Counted from the stretch's first letter, positions 1-10,401 are shown. The stretch: 64,000 nt of DNA from Candidatus Multivorans sp. (GCA_965247095.1 OZ251997.1:2528001-2592000); one strand, 5' to 3'. Numbers and translations are program-made. The notes: generated from the letters alone by a model not told the origin.

Positions 1-634
1 CGCCAAACACGTCGTGGTCGCCATCCAGAAGGACCGTCTCGCTGCCTTCGAGCCCGCTGTAGAGGCTGCGGTCGAAGGCGGGTGACGACGTCTCATCGTC
101 TGAGAACGCTGCCTCGTACTCGGTCCGCTGGATCAGATGTGTCGCGTGGGCGAAGAGATTGGCATGACCGACGTGGTCGAAGTGCATGTGGGAGAAGGCC
201 ACGAGATCGATCGAATCGGCCGTCAGGTCGAGCTCGGCCAGTTGATCCTGGAGCGGGCGCTCGAGGCTCATCAGCATGCCTGGAATCTCGATCGGCCCGG
301 CGCTTTCCGCGGTCGCGGGGGCCAGGCCTGCGTCGAAGAGGAGTCGGCCCTCGGGATGCTCGACCAGGTAGCAAGGCACGAACATCTCGGTCGTCGGCAC
401 GTCCTCGGGCTCCAAGGAGAAGATGGAGAGGTCAAGGGCGTCGAGCCATCCGCAGTCGAACACGTGGAGCCGTACCGTCGCGGTCGCGCTCTCTTCTGCT
501 GCGGTTGCCCCGACGTTGGGCGTCTCATCCGGCGAACCGCAAGCGCCCAGGGCGATCCAGAGAACGGCTGCGGCACCGAAAGCCCGCAACGCCGGGCTCC
601 TTGTGGCCGACCCGACGGGGTTTCTGTTGATCAT
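1..634 (-). CDS. N-acyl homoserine lactonase family protein (metallo-beta-lactamase fold), probable lipoprotein; runs off the window start
   Basis: Hand translation of the minus strand (absent from the ORF track): MINRNPVG...LGACGS...LHVFDCG...CYLVEHPEGRLLFDAGL...SHMHFDHVGHANLF...DGDHDVFG. HxHxDH motif; RBS AGGAGG before ATG at 634. Confidence 0.8.
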   Translation of the reverse strand, partial: MINRNPVGSATRSPALRAFGAAAVLWIALGACGSPDETPNVGATAAEESATATVRLHVFDCGWLDALDLSIFSLEPEDVPTTEMFVPCYLVEHPEGRLLFDAGLAPATAESAGPIEIPGMLMSLERPLQDQLAELDLTADSIDLVAFSHMHFDHVGHANLFAHATHLIQRTEYEAAFSDDETSSPAFDRSLYSGLEGSETVLLDGDHDVFG

Positions 635-643
635 GAGTTCCTC

Positions 644-1868
644 CTAGTGTCATGTCACTCGTCCTAGGTCGCATGAATCGTAGTAGGTTCCTTGCCGTTC
701 GACGACGGCAAGGAGTCTGGCATGAAGCGGTATGTGGTGGAGTTGGAGGAGCAGGAGCGCGAGGCGTTGGCGACGACTACGCGCAAGGGTTCGCATCGGT
801 CGCAGAAGGTGATCAACGCCTTGATTCTGCTCAACTGCGACGAGGGCGAGTTCAACGGGCGTCGGACGACCGGCGAGACGATCGCCGGGGTCTTGCGGAT
901 CAGTGCGCGCAAGGTGGATCGTGTGAAGAGGCGGTTTGTGGAGGACGGTCTGGAGGCGGCGCTCGGGAGTCGGCAGGGGCGTCGTCCCAAGTACCTGCGC
1001 AAGGCGGATGGCGAGTTCGAGGCGCGGCTGATCGCGCTCAGTTGCGGAGAGCCGCCCGAAGGGCATTCGCAGTGGTCTCTGCGTCTGTTGGCGGACCGTG
1101 CGGTGGAGCTCGGCTATATCGACAGCGTCTCGCACGAGACGGTGCGGCGGGTGCTAAAAAAAACGCTCTCAAACCGTGGCGCCGCGTCGGCTGGGTGATT
1201 CCGCCGCAATGCAACGCCGACTTCGCGGCGAACATGGAGCGGGTGCTCGACGTCTATCGGCGTCCGCACGACGCGAACTTCCCGGTGGTGTGCATGGACG
1301 AGACGCCGCGGCAGTTGATCGCCGAGACACGGGCGCCCATCCCGCCGGCCCCTGGACGGGAGGTCCGCGAAGACTACGAGTACCGACGCTGCGGCGCCTG
1401 CAACGTGTTCATGGCGACCGAACCGCTGGCCGGGCGGCGTCTGACCAAGGTCACCGAGCGCAGGACCAAGACCGACTGGGCGCGTTTCCTGGAAGACATC
1501 GCCGGGCAGTATCCCGACGCCACCCGAATCACGCTGGTGATGGACAACCTCAACACGCACCGCCCCGGCGCGCTCTACGAGACCTTCGACCCGGCCCGGG
1601 CCAAGGCGCTGTGGGACCGCTTCGAGTTCGTCTATACCCCCAAGCACGGCAGTTGGCTGAACGTCGCCGAGGTCGAACTCAGCGTGATGATCCGCCAGTG
1701 CCTCAACCGCCGCATCGACTCCATCGACACCCTACGCGCCGAAGTCGGCGCCTGGCAGGCCGCCAGAGACCGGATCCAAGCCAAGGTCAACTGGCACTTC
1801 ACCACCGACGACGCTCGCGTCAAACTCAAGCGCCTCTATCCGACTTTTGACGAGTGACACGGCACTAG
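644..1868 (+). mobile_element. IS630-family insertion sequence, apparently complete
   Basis: Terminal inverted repeats CTAGTGTCATGTCACTCGTC / GACGAGTGACACGGCACTAG, CTAG at both ends (644-647, 1865-1868), transposase inside. Confidence 0.92.
722..1857 (+). CDS. IS630 transposase in two ORFs joined by a probable programmed -1 frameshift at A8 (1156-1163)
   Basis: N-terminal HTH part (WSLRLLADRAVELG...SHETVRRVLKK) and DDE part (CMDE, VMDNLNTH, YTPKHGSWLNVAE). Confidence 0.9.
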
Positions 1869-1917
1869 TTGGCTCAGCCTTACGCGAGCGAGTGCGAGCT
1901 GTCACGAAGGGGTCTAC

Positions 1918-3506
1918 ATGACCGGAGCGACACCAGCAGAGCCATCCGCAGCCCCACCGGGCTCCCTGGAAGCGTGGGCCGCCGAAACGCCTCACGCAAC
2001 CGCGATCTCCGACAGCAGGCGTTCGGTCGACTGGGCGACCTGGAACGATCGCGCAAACCGGCTGGCCGACGCTCTCGAGCAGGGGCTCGGCAGCGTAGCC
2101 GGAGAGCGCGTTGCCGTCCGGCTGCACAATCGGGTCGAGTGGTTCGAGGTCGGGTCGGCCCTGGCGAAGCTCGGAGTGGCACCGGTTCCGGCCGGAACCC
2201 GGCTGGCGGCCAACGAGGTCGCCACATCGTTGGCGACAGCAAAGCGCGGCTCTTCATCACCGACGATCCGGCGATGGCGCGGGCCGCGCTTTCTCTTGGA
2301 GAGACCGCGCTTCGCGCAACGGTCCTGGTCGGAAGCGACCCGCCAGATGCGGTCCCGCCGGATGGCGCCCTGGACTTCGAAGAGCTGATCCAGGCGGGTC
2401 GCCCGGACCCGCGGATCGCCGGGCCACCGCTGGGCGCCAAGAACATCTCCTATACCTCGGGCACCACCGGCAGGCCGAAGGGCGCCGTGCGCTTCTACTC
2501 GCCCGAGCAGTTGCAGGCTCTCGGTGCGCTGGTACAGACGATCAACTCGAAGCTCCGACTTGGGCCCGACGAGAAGCACCTCGTGGTCGCACCGCTCTAC
2601 CACGCCGCGGCGTCGTTCTGTGCGCAGCAGGCGAGCCGCGCCGGCGGGCACCTGGTGCTCCATGAACGTTTCGATGCCGAAGCCGTCCTCGAGGAACTGG
2701 GTCGCGGGACCACCAGCTCGTTCATGGTCCCGACGATGGTGCGGAGGATTCTGGCGCTGCCGGAAGAACTCCGCGAAACGACCGATCTCCCCACGCTTCG
2801 CGCCCTGATCGTCGGAGGCGCTCCCTTCCCCGCCGAGATGCGCGCACCGGCGCAGGAGGTTCTCGGCGAGGTTCTGTTCGATCTCTACGGCTCCACCGAG
2901 ACCGGCTTCGCCACGATGCTCGAGCCGGCCGACCAAGTGCGAAAGGCGGACTCCGTGGGGCGGCCGCTCGACGGCGTCGACGTGCTGCTGCTCGACGAGG
3001 ATCAACGCCCGGTGTCTCGGGGCGAACGCGGAGTGCTCTTCATCAGAAGTCCGATGCAGGTCGACGGCTACTACGGCGACGAGGCAGCGACGGCGGAGAG
3101 CGCCCACGAGGGCTACTTCACCGCCGGGGACGTGGCCTACCAGGACGAGGAGGGCTTCCTCTACATCGTCGACCGCATCAAGGACATGATCCTGGTCGGC
3201 GGCGCGAACATCTACCCCGCCGAGATCGAGCAGGTCCTGCGCTCCCACCCTGCCGTCGCCGACGCAGCCGTCTTTGGCATCCCGCACGACGACCTCGGCG
3301 AGGAGATCAAGGCCGTCGTCGAACTCATCCCGGCGGCGACCGTCGAACCCGAGGAGCTCATCGCCCACTGGGGCGAGCGGCTGGCGAAGAACAAGTGGCC
3401 CCGAAGCATCGACTCCTGCGCCGAGCTGCCACGGAATCCCACCGGGAAGATCCTCAAGCGAGAGCTGCATGCACCCTGGTGGGCGGACCGAAAGCGCTCG
3501 ATCTGA
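1918..3506 (+). CDS. Acyl-CoA synthetase (AMP-binding), with an apparent single-base frameshift near 2222
   Basis: YTSGTTGRPKG, YGSTE, GD and VDRIKDMI motifs; the N-terminus lies in ORF 1918..2388 and the rest in ORF 1869..3506. Confidence 0.85.
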
Positions 3507-3551
3507 ACCTGGGAACGCGGGCGTCTCGCCCGCATCCGGCGCAAAGCGCCG
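3505..3551 (+). repeat. REP-like palindromic repeat (short form)
   Basis: GAACCTGGGAACGCGGGCGTCTCGCCCGCATCCGGCGCAAAGCGCCG; same core at 12.1, 31.8, 50.6 and 52.7 kb. Confidence 0.85.
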
Positions 3552-3630
3552 CTTGGTTCCGGGGACAGGATCGAACTAGTCGAAGCGACGACCCGTGGCC
3601 CAATCGTCGACTCGGGGCCTCACGTCAGTC

Positions 3631-3938
3631 CTACCTCTGCGCGTGTAGATCGAGCCACTGTAACCGCCGATCGGTCTCCAGTAGAGGCTCGGCCTCAACA
3701 ATCTGGTCGATAATGTTTGGCCTGTCGAATAACCGGCGCTGGCTTCTAGGCCCGCAAACACGCCAAACAAGCTTGAGGGTCTCGTTGGGAAACCTCTTGG
3801 TAACGCCCGAAGACTTGATGGCGTGTAGATTCCCGCGATCCTCCTCAAATGGCAAGATGTAGTGCCAAAGTTGAGACAGTGCCTTGGGAAACTCCTCTCC
3901 AGTCGCCGCCACGAGATCGATGAAACCCTGAGTAGTTG
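3631..3938 (-). pseudogene. C-terminal remnant of a larger, lower-GC protein (resembles the tail of SIR2/Dsr1-like proteins)
   Basis: Protein-like ORF (GEEFPKAL...RFPNETLKLV...AEPLLETDRRLQWL) with no native start, fused directly to the IS4 remnant. Confidence 0.35.
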
Positions 3939-4638
3939 CCACTCGAAGTCGAGGTACAGACGGTCCGCAGCGACGATGCTTCCCCTCGGCAGGCGAAGGG
4001 ACCGCGCCACCTCAAGGTCCGACCCCTTGCCGTCCGTGACCTCCAGGAACGCCGGCAGACAGCCCTCGTGGTCCAGCCCCACGTGGAGCTTTAGCGCCCC
4101 CTTCGTCTCGCGGTACTGCGCCCACGGAAACAGCTCCAGGCACAAGTCCACGTACGTCGCATCCAGCGAGAACAGCTTGTTGTGGAACCGGAACCCGTGC
4201 CCCGGCGCCGTCGTACGGCATCGCGCCAGCAAACGACCGAACAACGCCTCGTAGAGACCGGAGGGCTGCTTCTCGTTCACGCGCGCCAGCGACGACCGGG
4301 CCACACGCCGAACGCCGAGGTGGTAGAGCATGTGAGCCTGCGCGTCGAGATTCGACACGATGTCGCGAAGGCTGCATCGTCTGGAGAGCTGCGCCGTCGC
4401 CATCGCCACGAACTGACTCCACCGGCTCATCGAGCGCAGCTTTCGCCCCCTTGTGATGCCGCCGGGCCTCCCCCTCGAACTCATGTCTCGACACCAGCTT
4501 CAGGAACTGACCGAGTACGGTACTATTGTGCGCCATGGGTCTGGATCTCCTTGCCGTCATTGGCCTTGCTTGAACACCAATCATACGACAAGGCACGGTT
4601 CAGACCCATCCTTCCTCCCCGTTTGTGGGACAGCACTG
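3939..4638 (-). mobile_element. IS4-family transposase remnant (DUF4372 N-terminus), 3'-truncated and frameshifted near 4448
   Basis: MAHNSTVLGQFLKLVSRHEF.../WSQFVAM...SLRDI...SLDAT...KLHVGLD...ADRLYLDFEW then breaks; IS end CAGTGCTGTCCCACAAAC at 4621-4638. Confidence 0.85.
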
Positions 4639-4961
4639 GTCGGCGAGGTACGTGTAGGCGCCGCACTTTCTCCGTCCGGACGGGACCAGCACGACCGGGG
4701 GGCCATCCGTGCCCTACGTCTTCGCCACCTGCTCGAACAGCCACGGGCAATCGATGAAGGGCGGAGACTGAACGCCGCGCGAGGCGAGGCGAGGTCGATC
4801 CGGCGGTTGCGCGCCATCGTCCTGGCGTCGTCGGGCAGGTCGACCCAGTCGTGACCCCAGAGGCTCGGGCCGTCGAAGCTCTCGACGGGCTGCCGGCCAT
4901 CGGGCCGGCGGCGCGATGTATTGGTGTCAAACGTGAGACACATTCACGCTACCGTTGAGGC

Positions 4962-5198
4962 ATGAGAACGACGGTTGATCTGAACGAGGAGCTGCTTCGC
5001 GAGGCGAAGAAACGAGCGGCGAACGAAGGAAAGCCCTTGCGGATGTTCATCGAAGAGGCGCTACGCGCCATGATCCAGGCTCCGGCCACCCGAGAAACCG
5101 GCTTTGAGTTGAAGTGGCGAACGGAGAAGGGGCGGCTTCAGGCCGGCGTTCGCTTGGAGGACCGCCAGAGTCTCTTCGACCTCATGGAAGGGCGCTAG
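4962..5198 (+). CDS. Ribbon-helix-helix antitoxin (VapB/DUF2191-like), orphan
   Basis: MRTTVDLNEELLREAKKRAA...IEEALR; no PIN toxin follows. Confidence 0.75.
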   Translation: MRTTVDLNEELLREAKKRAANEGKPLRMFIEEALRAMIQAPATRETGFELKWRTEKGRLQAGVRLEDRQSLFDLMEGR

Positions 5199-5220
5199 AG
5201 GACGTACGAAGAACGGCTCA

Positions 5221-6746
5221 ATGACGAAGACGACACAGTGGATCCTGCTCACGGTCATCGTCCTGTTCGGCTGTGCGCCGGGCGAGGAGGTCGAGGAACC
5301 GCATGCACAACGACCGCCCAACGTCGTGCTCATCGTCGCCGACGACCTCGGCTGGCGTGATGTCAGCTTCAACGGCGGCGACATCGCCACCCCCAACATC
5401 GACCGCATCGCCGCGGAGGGCGTCAAGCTCGATCGCTTCTACGTGGCGCCCATCTGCTCGCCGACTCGCGCTGGCCTGATGACCGGCAGACATCCGATTC
5501 GCTACGGCATGATGCGCGGGGTCGTCATGGGGTACCACGACTACGGTCTCGATCCCGAGGCGACTCTCATCTCGCAGGTGCTTGCCGAGGCCGGCTACGA
5601 GCAACGCGGGCTCGTCGGCAAGTGGCATCTGGGTCTGTCGCGCAGGGAGTACCTCCCGCTCGAGCGCGGCTTCACGCGCTTCGTCGGCCACCTCGGCTGG
5701 GGCTTCGACTACTTCACGCACGAGCGCTACGGCGAGGTCGACTGGTTCCACGACGAAGAGCCGGTCGGCGAGCCCGGCTACAGCACCGATCTGATCTCCG
5801 AGCACGCCGTCCGCTTCGTCCGCGAGCACGCCGGCGGTGACGCGCCGTTCTTTCTGATGGTGCCGTACAACGCGCCGCACTCACCCTTCCAGGCGAAGGA
5901 GGAGGATCTGCCGCTCTATGCGGACCTCGAGCCGGTGCCGATCGAGGCGGTCGTCGGCCCGGGGGTGCCACCGGAGAAGTACGAGTGGTTCGGCGGTCAC
6001 GCCATGGGCCGGGCGCGCCTCGAAGACGTGGAGGGCCGGCTCAGGAACCGCCGGATCGCCGGTGCGATGGTCCACGCGATGGACGTTGGCATCGGGCGCA
6101 TCCTCGACGCCCTCGACGAGGCCGGCGTGGCGGACGACACCCTGGTGTGGTTCTTCTCGGACAACGGCGGCGACACCGGCATCGGCGAGAACCGCCCGTT
6201 CCGCGGCTCCAAGGGCAACGTCTTCGAAGGCGGCATCCGTGTCGCGGCAGCGGCTCGCTGGCCCGTTGGCGGGTTAGTGGTGGCGGCTCCATCTCCGCAC
6301 CGCTCAACTATCTCGACGTCATGCCGACGCTCATGGAGGCTGCGGCCGCCTCCGACCGTTTCGATCTCGAGCTGGATGGCCGGGATGCCTTGCCGGCGCT
6401 TCGGGGTCACAAGATCGCCGGCGACCGCGACTTCTACTCCTACAGCGGCCAGTTGAGCAACGAGCGCGAGCAGCTCATGGCGATGGAAGGTGACTGGAAG
6501 CTGATCGTCATCGGCCCCGAGCCGCTCGATCGCGCGGCGCTCGCCGAATCCCAGACCATGCTCTTCCACCTTGGAGACGACCCCGGCGAGCAGAACGACC
6601 TGTTAGCCGAGCACCCGGAGATCGCCGAGCGTCTGACCGAGAAGGCACTCGCCTTCCGCGCCCTGCAGCCCGACGAGCACGTGCCGATCTTCCAGGAAGG
6701 CCGCGAGGGTTTCGTGGCGCCGGAGAGATGGCAGCTTGCGGAGTGA
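5221..6746 (+). CDS. Arylsulfatase, lipoprotein-like N-terminus, apparent frameshift near 6270
   Basis: PNVVLIVADDLG, CSPTRAGLMTGR, GKWHLG, SDNGG, FEGGIRV; C-terminus (LDVMPTL...LFHLGDDPGEQNDL) in another frame. Confidence 0.88.
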
Positions 6747-6771
6747 GCTGAGCGCGCAACTAGGAGTCGAA

Positions 6772-7692
6772 ATGAATCACCGATCTTTGTTGATGGCTGC
6801 GATGGCTGCCGTAGTGCTCACTTCTGCAACTGCCGTTGGCGGTGCCGCGGCGCAAGACGCACCCCGGACCGAGTTGGGCGCGCGCCTGGTCGAGCATCAC
6901 GGCGACGAGGCCTTCCTCCGCCTGGAGGACGTGAAGCTGCGAGAGAGCGTCGCTTACCCGGACGGGGCAGCGTTCGGCGCTCTGAAGACTCCGGCAGGGG
7001 CCTACCAGGCCTATCTCTCCACCCTCGCCGCGGTCGAAGAGGAGGCCGGTGTCAACACCCTGCTCGTCAACAGCGTCTTGAGAAGAAGCAACAGCGAACG
7101 CCCCGACGTTCACTGGACGCGCTGCGACTGGGACATCGTTGTGGTGAAGCACTATCCGAGCTGGCGTGCGTGGGAGAAAGTCGAGGGCAGCGGGTTGCGG
7201 GAGGCGGCGTACGTCCATCGTGAGGCGGCAGTGGCGAACGATCACGTTGTGGTGGCCCTGCCCCTGGTTGTCAGAGCGACGCGGCAGTCACGCCCGGACG
7301 ACCCCACCGACACCATGGTCTACATCATGAACCACCTCGAGCTTCGCGAGCAGGCACAATACGGCGACGGCTCGTACCCCGGATCGACCGGCATCGAAGC
7401 CTACCGGCGCTACAAGGGGGGTGGCCCGCTGGCCAACGTGCCCCGTGAGCTCATCATCACCGCCGAAGTGCCCGCTGCCCTCAACTCTGCCGACGCTCAC
7501 TGGACGCGGCTCAACATCGTCCGTTACCCCAGCTTGCGCGAAGTCGCAAAGCTCGTCCAGCCGAGCTCTCATCCCGAGAGCTGGTGGATGTTGCACAAGC
7601 ACAAGGAGGCGGCGGCAGCCCGGCACTGCGGCCCGATGACCGTGCCGACTCTGCCCGAGTCGAGCGTGGGTGCCGGCGCTTTGCGCCAATGA
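6772..7692 (+). CDS. Secreted protein with two tandem DUF1330-like domains
   Basis: Signal peptide; internal duplication (LRE..AY.DG...AY..Y...YPS...H.EAA) seen twice. Confidence 0.55.
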   Translation: MNHRSLLMAAMAAVVLTSATAVGGAAAQDAPRTELGARLVEHHGDEAFLRLEDVKLRESVAYPDGAAFGALKTPAGAYQAYLSTLAAVEEEAGVNTLLVNSVLRRSNSERPDVHWTRCDWDIVVVKHYPSWRAWEKVEGSGLREAAYVHREAAVANDHVVVALPLVVRATRQSRPDDPTDTMVYIMNHLELREQAQYGDGSYPGSTGIEAYRRYKGGGPLANVPRELIITAEVPAALNSADAHWTRLNIVRYPSLREVAKLVQPSSHPESWWMLHKHKEAAAARHCGPMTVPTLPESSVGAGALRQ

Positions 7693-7845
7693 GCCGCCGC
7701 AATTCCGTCCGGGCTGTCAGCGCGCCCCGCGGGGCGGGTTCGTAGTTACTTGGAGGGATTCGTTCGCCACGTTGGCGCTTTGCGCCAACGTGCCGCCGCA
7801 ATCCCGTCCAGGCTCTCAGCGCGCCCCGCGGGGCGCGCTGGTAGC
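7674..7845. repeat. Imperfect direct repeat (about 99-bp period) adjoining the tRNA-Glu 3' end
   Basis: GGCGCTTTGCGCCAA..GCCGCCGCAAT.CCGTCC.GGCT.TCAGCGCGCCCCGCGGGGCG occurs at about 7675 and about 7774. Confidence 0.8.
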
Positions 7846-7914
7846 CCGTACGGGATTCGAACCCGTGTTACTGGCGTGAGAGGCCAGCGTCCTAGACCCC
7901 TAGACGAACGGGCC
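7839..7914 (-). tRNA. tRNA-Glu (CTC)
   Basis: GGCCCGTTCGTCTAG...CTGGC-CTCTCAC-GCCAG...GGTTCGAATCCC...CCA. Confidence 0.95.
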
Positions 7915-8014
7915 ACGCGTGCGCAGGGCGGCAGAAGATAACACAGCGGTCCGGTTGCCAGCAGGTCCCTACGACCCGGAATCAGGGCCTCCCGCAAGCT
8001 GTTAGGTTGCCGTA

Positions 8015-9793
8015 GTGTCTTGCCTTTGCGCGACGGTGCTCCAGCGCGGGCTGCTAGCAGCCGCGGTGGGGCTCGCGCCGCTCGCTCCGGCCTGGGCGCA
8101 GGCCGACGACGAGCCCGAGACGCAGATTCTCTCGCAGGACGAGGGCACCATCGAAGTAGGCCGGCGGCAGGCGCCGCTGCCCTGGGCGGAGTCTTCGTTC
8201 GGCCCCCTCGTCGCCCTTGCTCCGGTGGTGGAGGTGCTGGGAGGCGAGCTGGAGATCGGACCTCTGGGCGAGGCGCACACACTGCGCGTCGCCGGTCGCG
8301 AGGTGGTGCTCGGGCCGCTGGGCCGGATCGTCCTGGTCGACGGCGAGATGCAGACGCTGTCGATCAAGCCGTGGCTCGAGCCCGAGCCGGAGATCCCCGA
8401 GCATCTGCGCCCGAAGGACGATTCCGACGAAGAGGGGGACGCCGATGAGCCGGCGCCCGAACTGCCGCCCATCGAGCTGCCGCCGCGGCACCTGTACGTG
8501 CCGGTCGACGCGCTGGCTCGGGCCTATCCGGCAGAGCAGGGATTCCGGTTCGACTTCGATCGCAGACGCGGAATTCTGGAGGTTTCGAAGACCGGCGAAC
8601 GCCGGCTCGCGGTCGAGGTGGACCGCGTTCACGATCTTGGCGCGACGACGCTGGTCGTGACGTTCTCGGGCCGGCCCCGCTACCGAGTCGACGAGTACCG
8701 CGGGGGCGTGCGGCTCCGACTTCTGAGCAGCGTCATGGCGCCGCGTCCGCGCGTCCGGCTGAACGATCCTCTAGTGCGCTGGCTGGAAGTGCGCGAACGC
8801 TCGATCGACATCGGCTTGGCGCCGCGGGCGGAGGCGTCGGAGCCGTACATCCTCGGACGTCCGCCTCGGGTTCAACTCGTTCTGGACATCACTCGGGACC
8901 GGTTGGGGCGCACGCCCAGCGCACTCTCCCGGCGCGAAGAGGAAACGGGAGAGTTCCGCATCGTTCTGGACCCGGGCCACGGGGGGGCCGACACCGGCGT
9001 GTCCTCGCCCTCCGGCGTGACCGAGAAGGACCTGGTGCTCGCGATCGCGCAGGAGCTGAGGTCGCACCTGGCGAACAGCCTGGGGGCGCGGGTCGTGCTG
9101 ACTCGGACCGAGGACACGGACGTGGCGCTCGAGACCCGGACCGCGGTGGCCAACCAGCGCCGGGCCGATCTGTTCCTGTCGCTGCATGTGAGTCCGGATT
9201 CCGCGTGGGCTTCGGGGGACGGGTTCCAGGCTTACGTCCTCGATCCGCCGCCCGCACTCTTCGAGACGGAGGAGGGCGAACCCGGCTTGCGAGGAAACGA
9301 GCAAGACGCGAACCAGTCCGAGCGCCCGTCCGCGGGCGCACGGATGGCACCGGCCGTATCGGACGATCCCGACCCGTTGGACTTCGAGGAGGACGCGTTC
9401 GACGAACTGGACGTGGTACCGGGAGACGGGGAGGCGGGAGACGAGGAGGGGATCCGGGTCGCCGTCCCGGCGCTCGAACTGTGGGAGCGGGTGCAGGACG
9501 GTCAGCTCGAGCGGAGCGCGTTGCTGGCGCGCCTGATCCAGAGCCACGTCAGCGACGCGCTCGGGCAGCCGAACCGCCGTGTCGGTCGCGCCCCGCTGCG
9601 GGTGCTGACCGGCGCTACGATGCCTGCGGTCCTGATCGAACTCGGTTCTCTGGGCCGCGACGAGGAAGGGACGCCGCTGCTCGACGAGTCTTACCGCCTG
9701 GAGTTGATCGAGGCGATCGGGCGGGCGATCCGGCTCTACCGTGGCGTCGCCGCGGGCACCGCTGAGGCCGCCGCCAACGGGGCGGGATCGTGA
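8015..9793 (+). CDS. N-acetylmuramoyl-L-alanine amidase (Amidase_3)
   Basis: IVLDPGHGG, EKD, LSLH, MPAVLIELG motifs; signal peptide; acidic inserts. Confidence 0.88.
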   Translation: MSCLCATVLQRGLLAAAVGLAPLAPAWAQADDEPETQILSQDEGTIEVGRRQAPLPWAESSFGPLVALAPVVEVLGGELEIGPLGEAHTLRVAGREVVLGPLGRIVLVDGEMQTLSIKPWLEPEPEIPEHLRPKDDSDEEGDADEPAPELPPIELPPRHLYVPVDALARAYPAEQGFRFDFDRRRGILEVSKTGERRLAVEVDRVHDLGATTLVVTFSGRPRYRVDEYRGGVRLRLLSSVMAPRPRVRLNDPLVRWLEVRERSIDIGLAPRAEASEPYILGRPPRVQLVLDITRDRLGRTPSALSRREEETGEFRIVLDPGHGGADTGVSSPSGVTEKDLVLAIAQELRSHLANSLGARVVLTRTEDTDVALETRTAVANQRRADLFLSLHVSPDSAWASGDGFQAYVLDPPPALFETEEGEPGLRGNEQDANQSERPSAGARMAPAVSDDPDPLDFEEDAFDELDVVPGDGEAGDEEGIRVAVPALELWERVQDGQLERSALLARLIQSHVSDALGQPNRRVGRAPLRVLTGATMPAVLIELGSLGRDEEGTPLLDESYRLELIEAIGRAIRLYRGVAAGTAEAAANGAGS

Positions 9794-10401
9794 TCCGCCC
9801 GCGGTCGAGCCTGTGTTCGGTGGTCGTCCTGGCGCTGCTTGCCGGTTGCGGCGGCTCGGGCCAGGACGGCGACGGCGACGTCGAAGCGGAACTCGTCGCC
9901 CCGGGCGAGGCCTTCCTGGCCACGCTGTGCTTCCCGAGTGTCGACGGGCTGCTTCGCTGCGACGAATGGCCGATCCGCGCCGAAGACAGCACGGAGGAGA
10001 CGGCTGCCGTCATCGTCGAAGCACTGATCGCGGGTCCGGGGCCCATCGAAGAGTTGCTCCCGGCTCTGCCGACCGGGGTCCGGCTCCTGGCGGTGGAATT
10101 GCTCGACGGCGTGGCCTATGTCGACCTGACGACCGTGGAAGTCGATTCCGGAACCGGTGAAGTGGCCGCTACAGGAAGCCGGTCGCCCGTGGTCCTGGAG
10201 CGGCCGGCGATGGGGCTGACGGAGGAACTCCTGGCCGTCTACAGCCTCGTGAACAGCCTGACCGCGAACAACCTGGGGGTCGATCGGGTGGTGCTGATGT
10301 GGAACGGCGAGCAGCGCTCGACGTTTGCCGGCCACGTCGACACGACGCGGCCGCTGATGGCCGACCTGGGACGGAACGCGGCGCCGTCCGGCGGCGTTTG
10401 A
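9790..10401 (+). CDS. GerMN-domain lipoprotein
   Basis: LAGC lipobox; ALIAGP, VAYVDL, EELLAVYSLVNSLT, GHVD. Confidence 0.85.
   Translation: MIRPRSSLCSVVVLALLAGCGGSGQDGDGDVEAELVAPGEAFLATLCFPSVDGLLRCDEWPIRAEDSTEETAAVIVEALIAGPGPIEELLPALPTGVRLLAVELLDGVAYVDLTTVEVDSGTGEVAATGSRSPVVLERPAMGLTEELLAVYSLVNSLTANNLGVDRVVLMWNGEQRSTFAGHVDTTRPLMADLGRNAAPSGGV

Noticed and set aside
2-85. Plus-strand open frame ending in TGA at 85
   Set aside because: It is the antisense shadow of the lactonase gene, which carries clear motifs on the minus strand
4639-4915. Possible C-terminal remnant of a ring-cleavage dioxygenase (PSLWGH)
   Set aside because: Too short and degenerate to support a call
2215-6280. Frameshifts in the acyl-CoA synthetase (about 2222), IS4 (about 4448) and sulfatase (about 6270) as programmed recoding or phase variation
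   Set aside because: Each is a single missing base in a short C or G run with no slippery heptamer; sequencing error or simple decay is more likely. Reads are needed to decide
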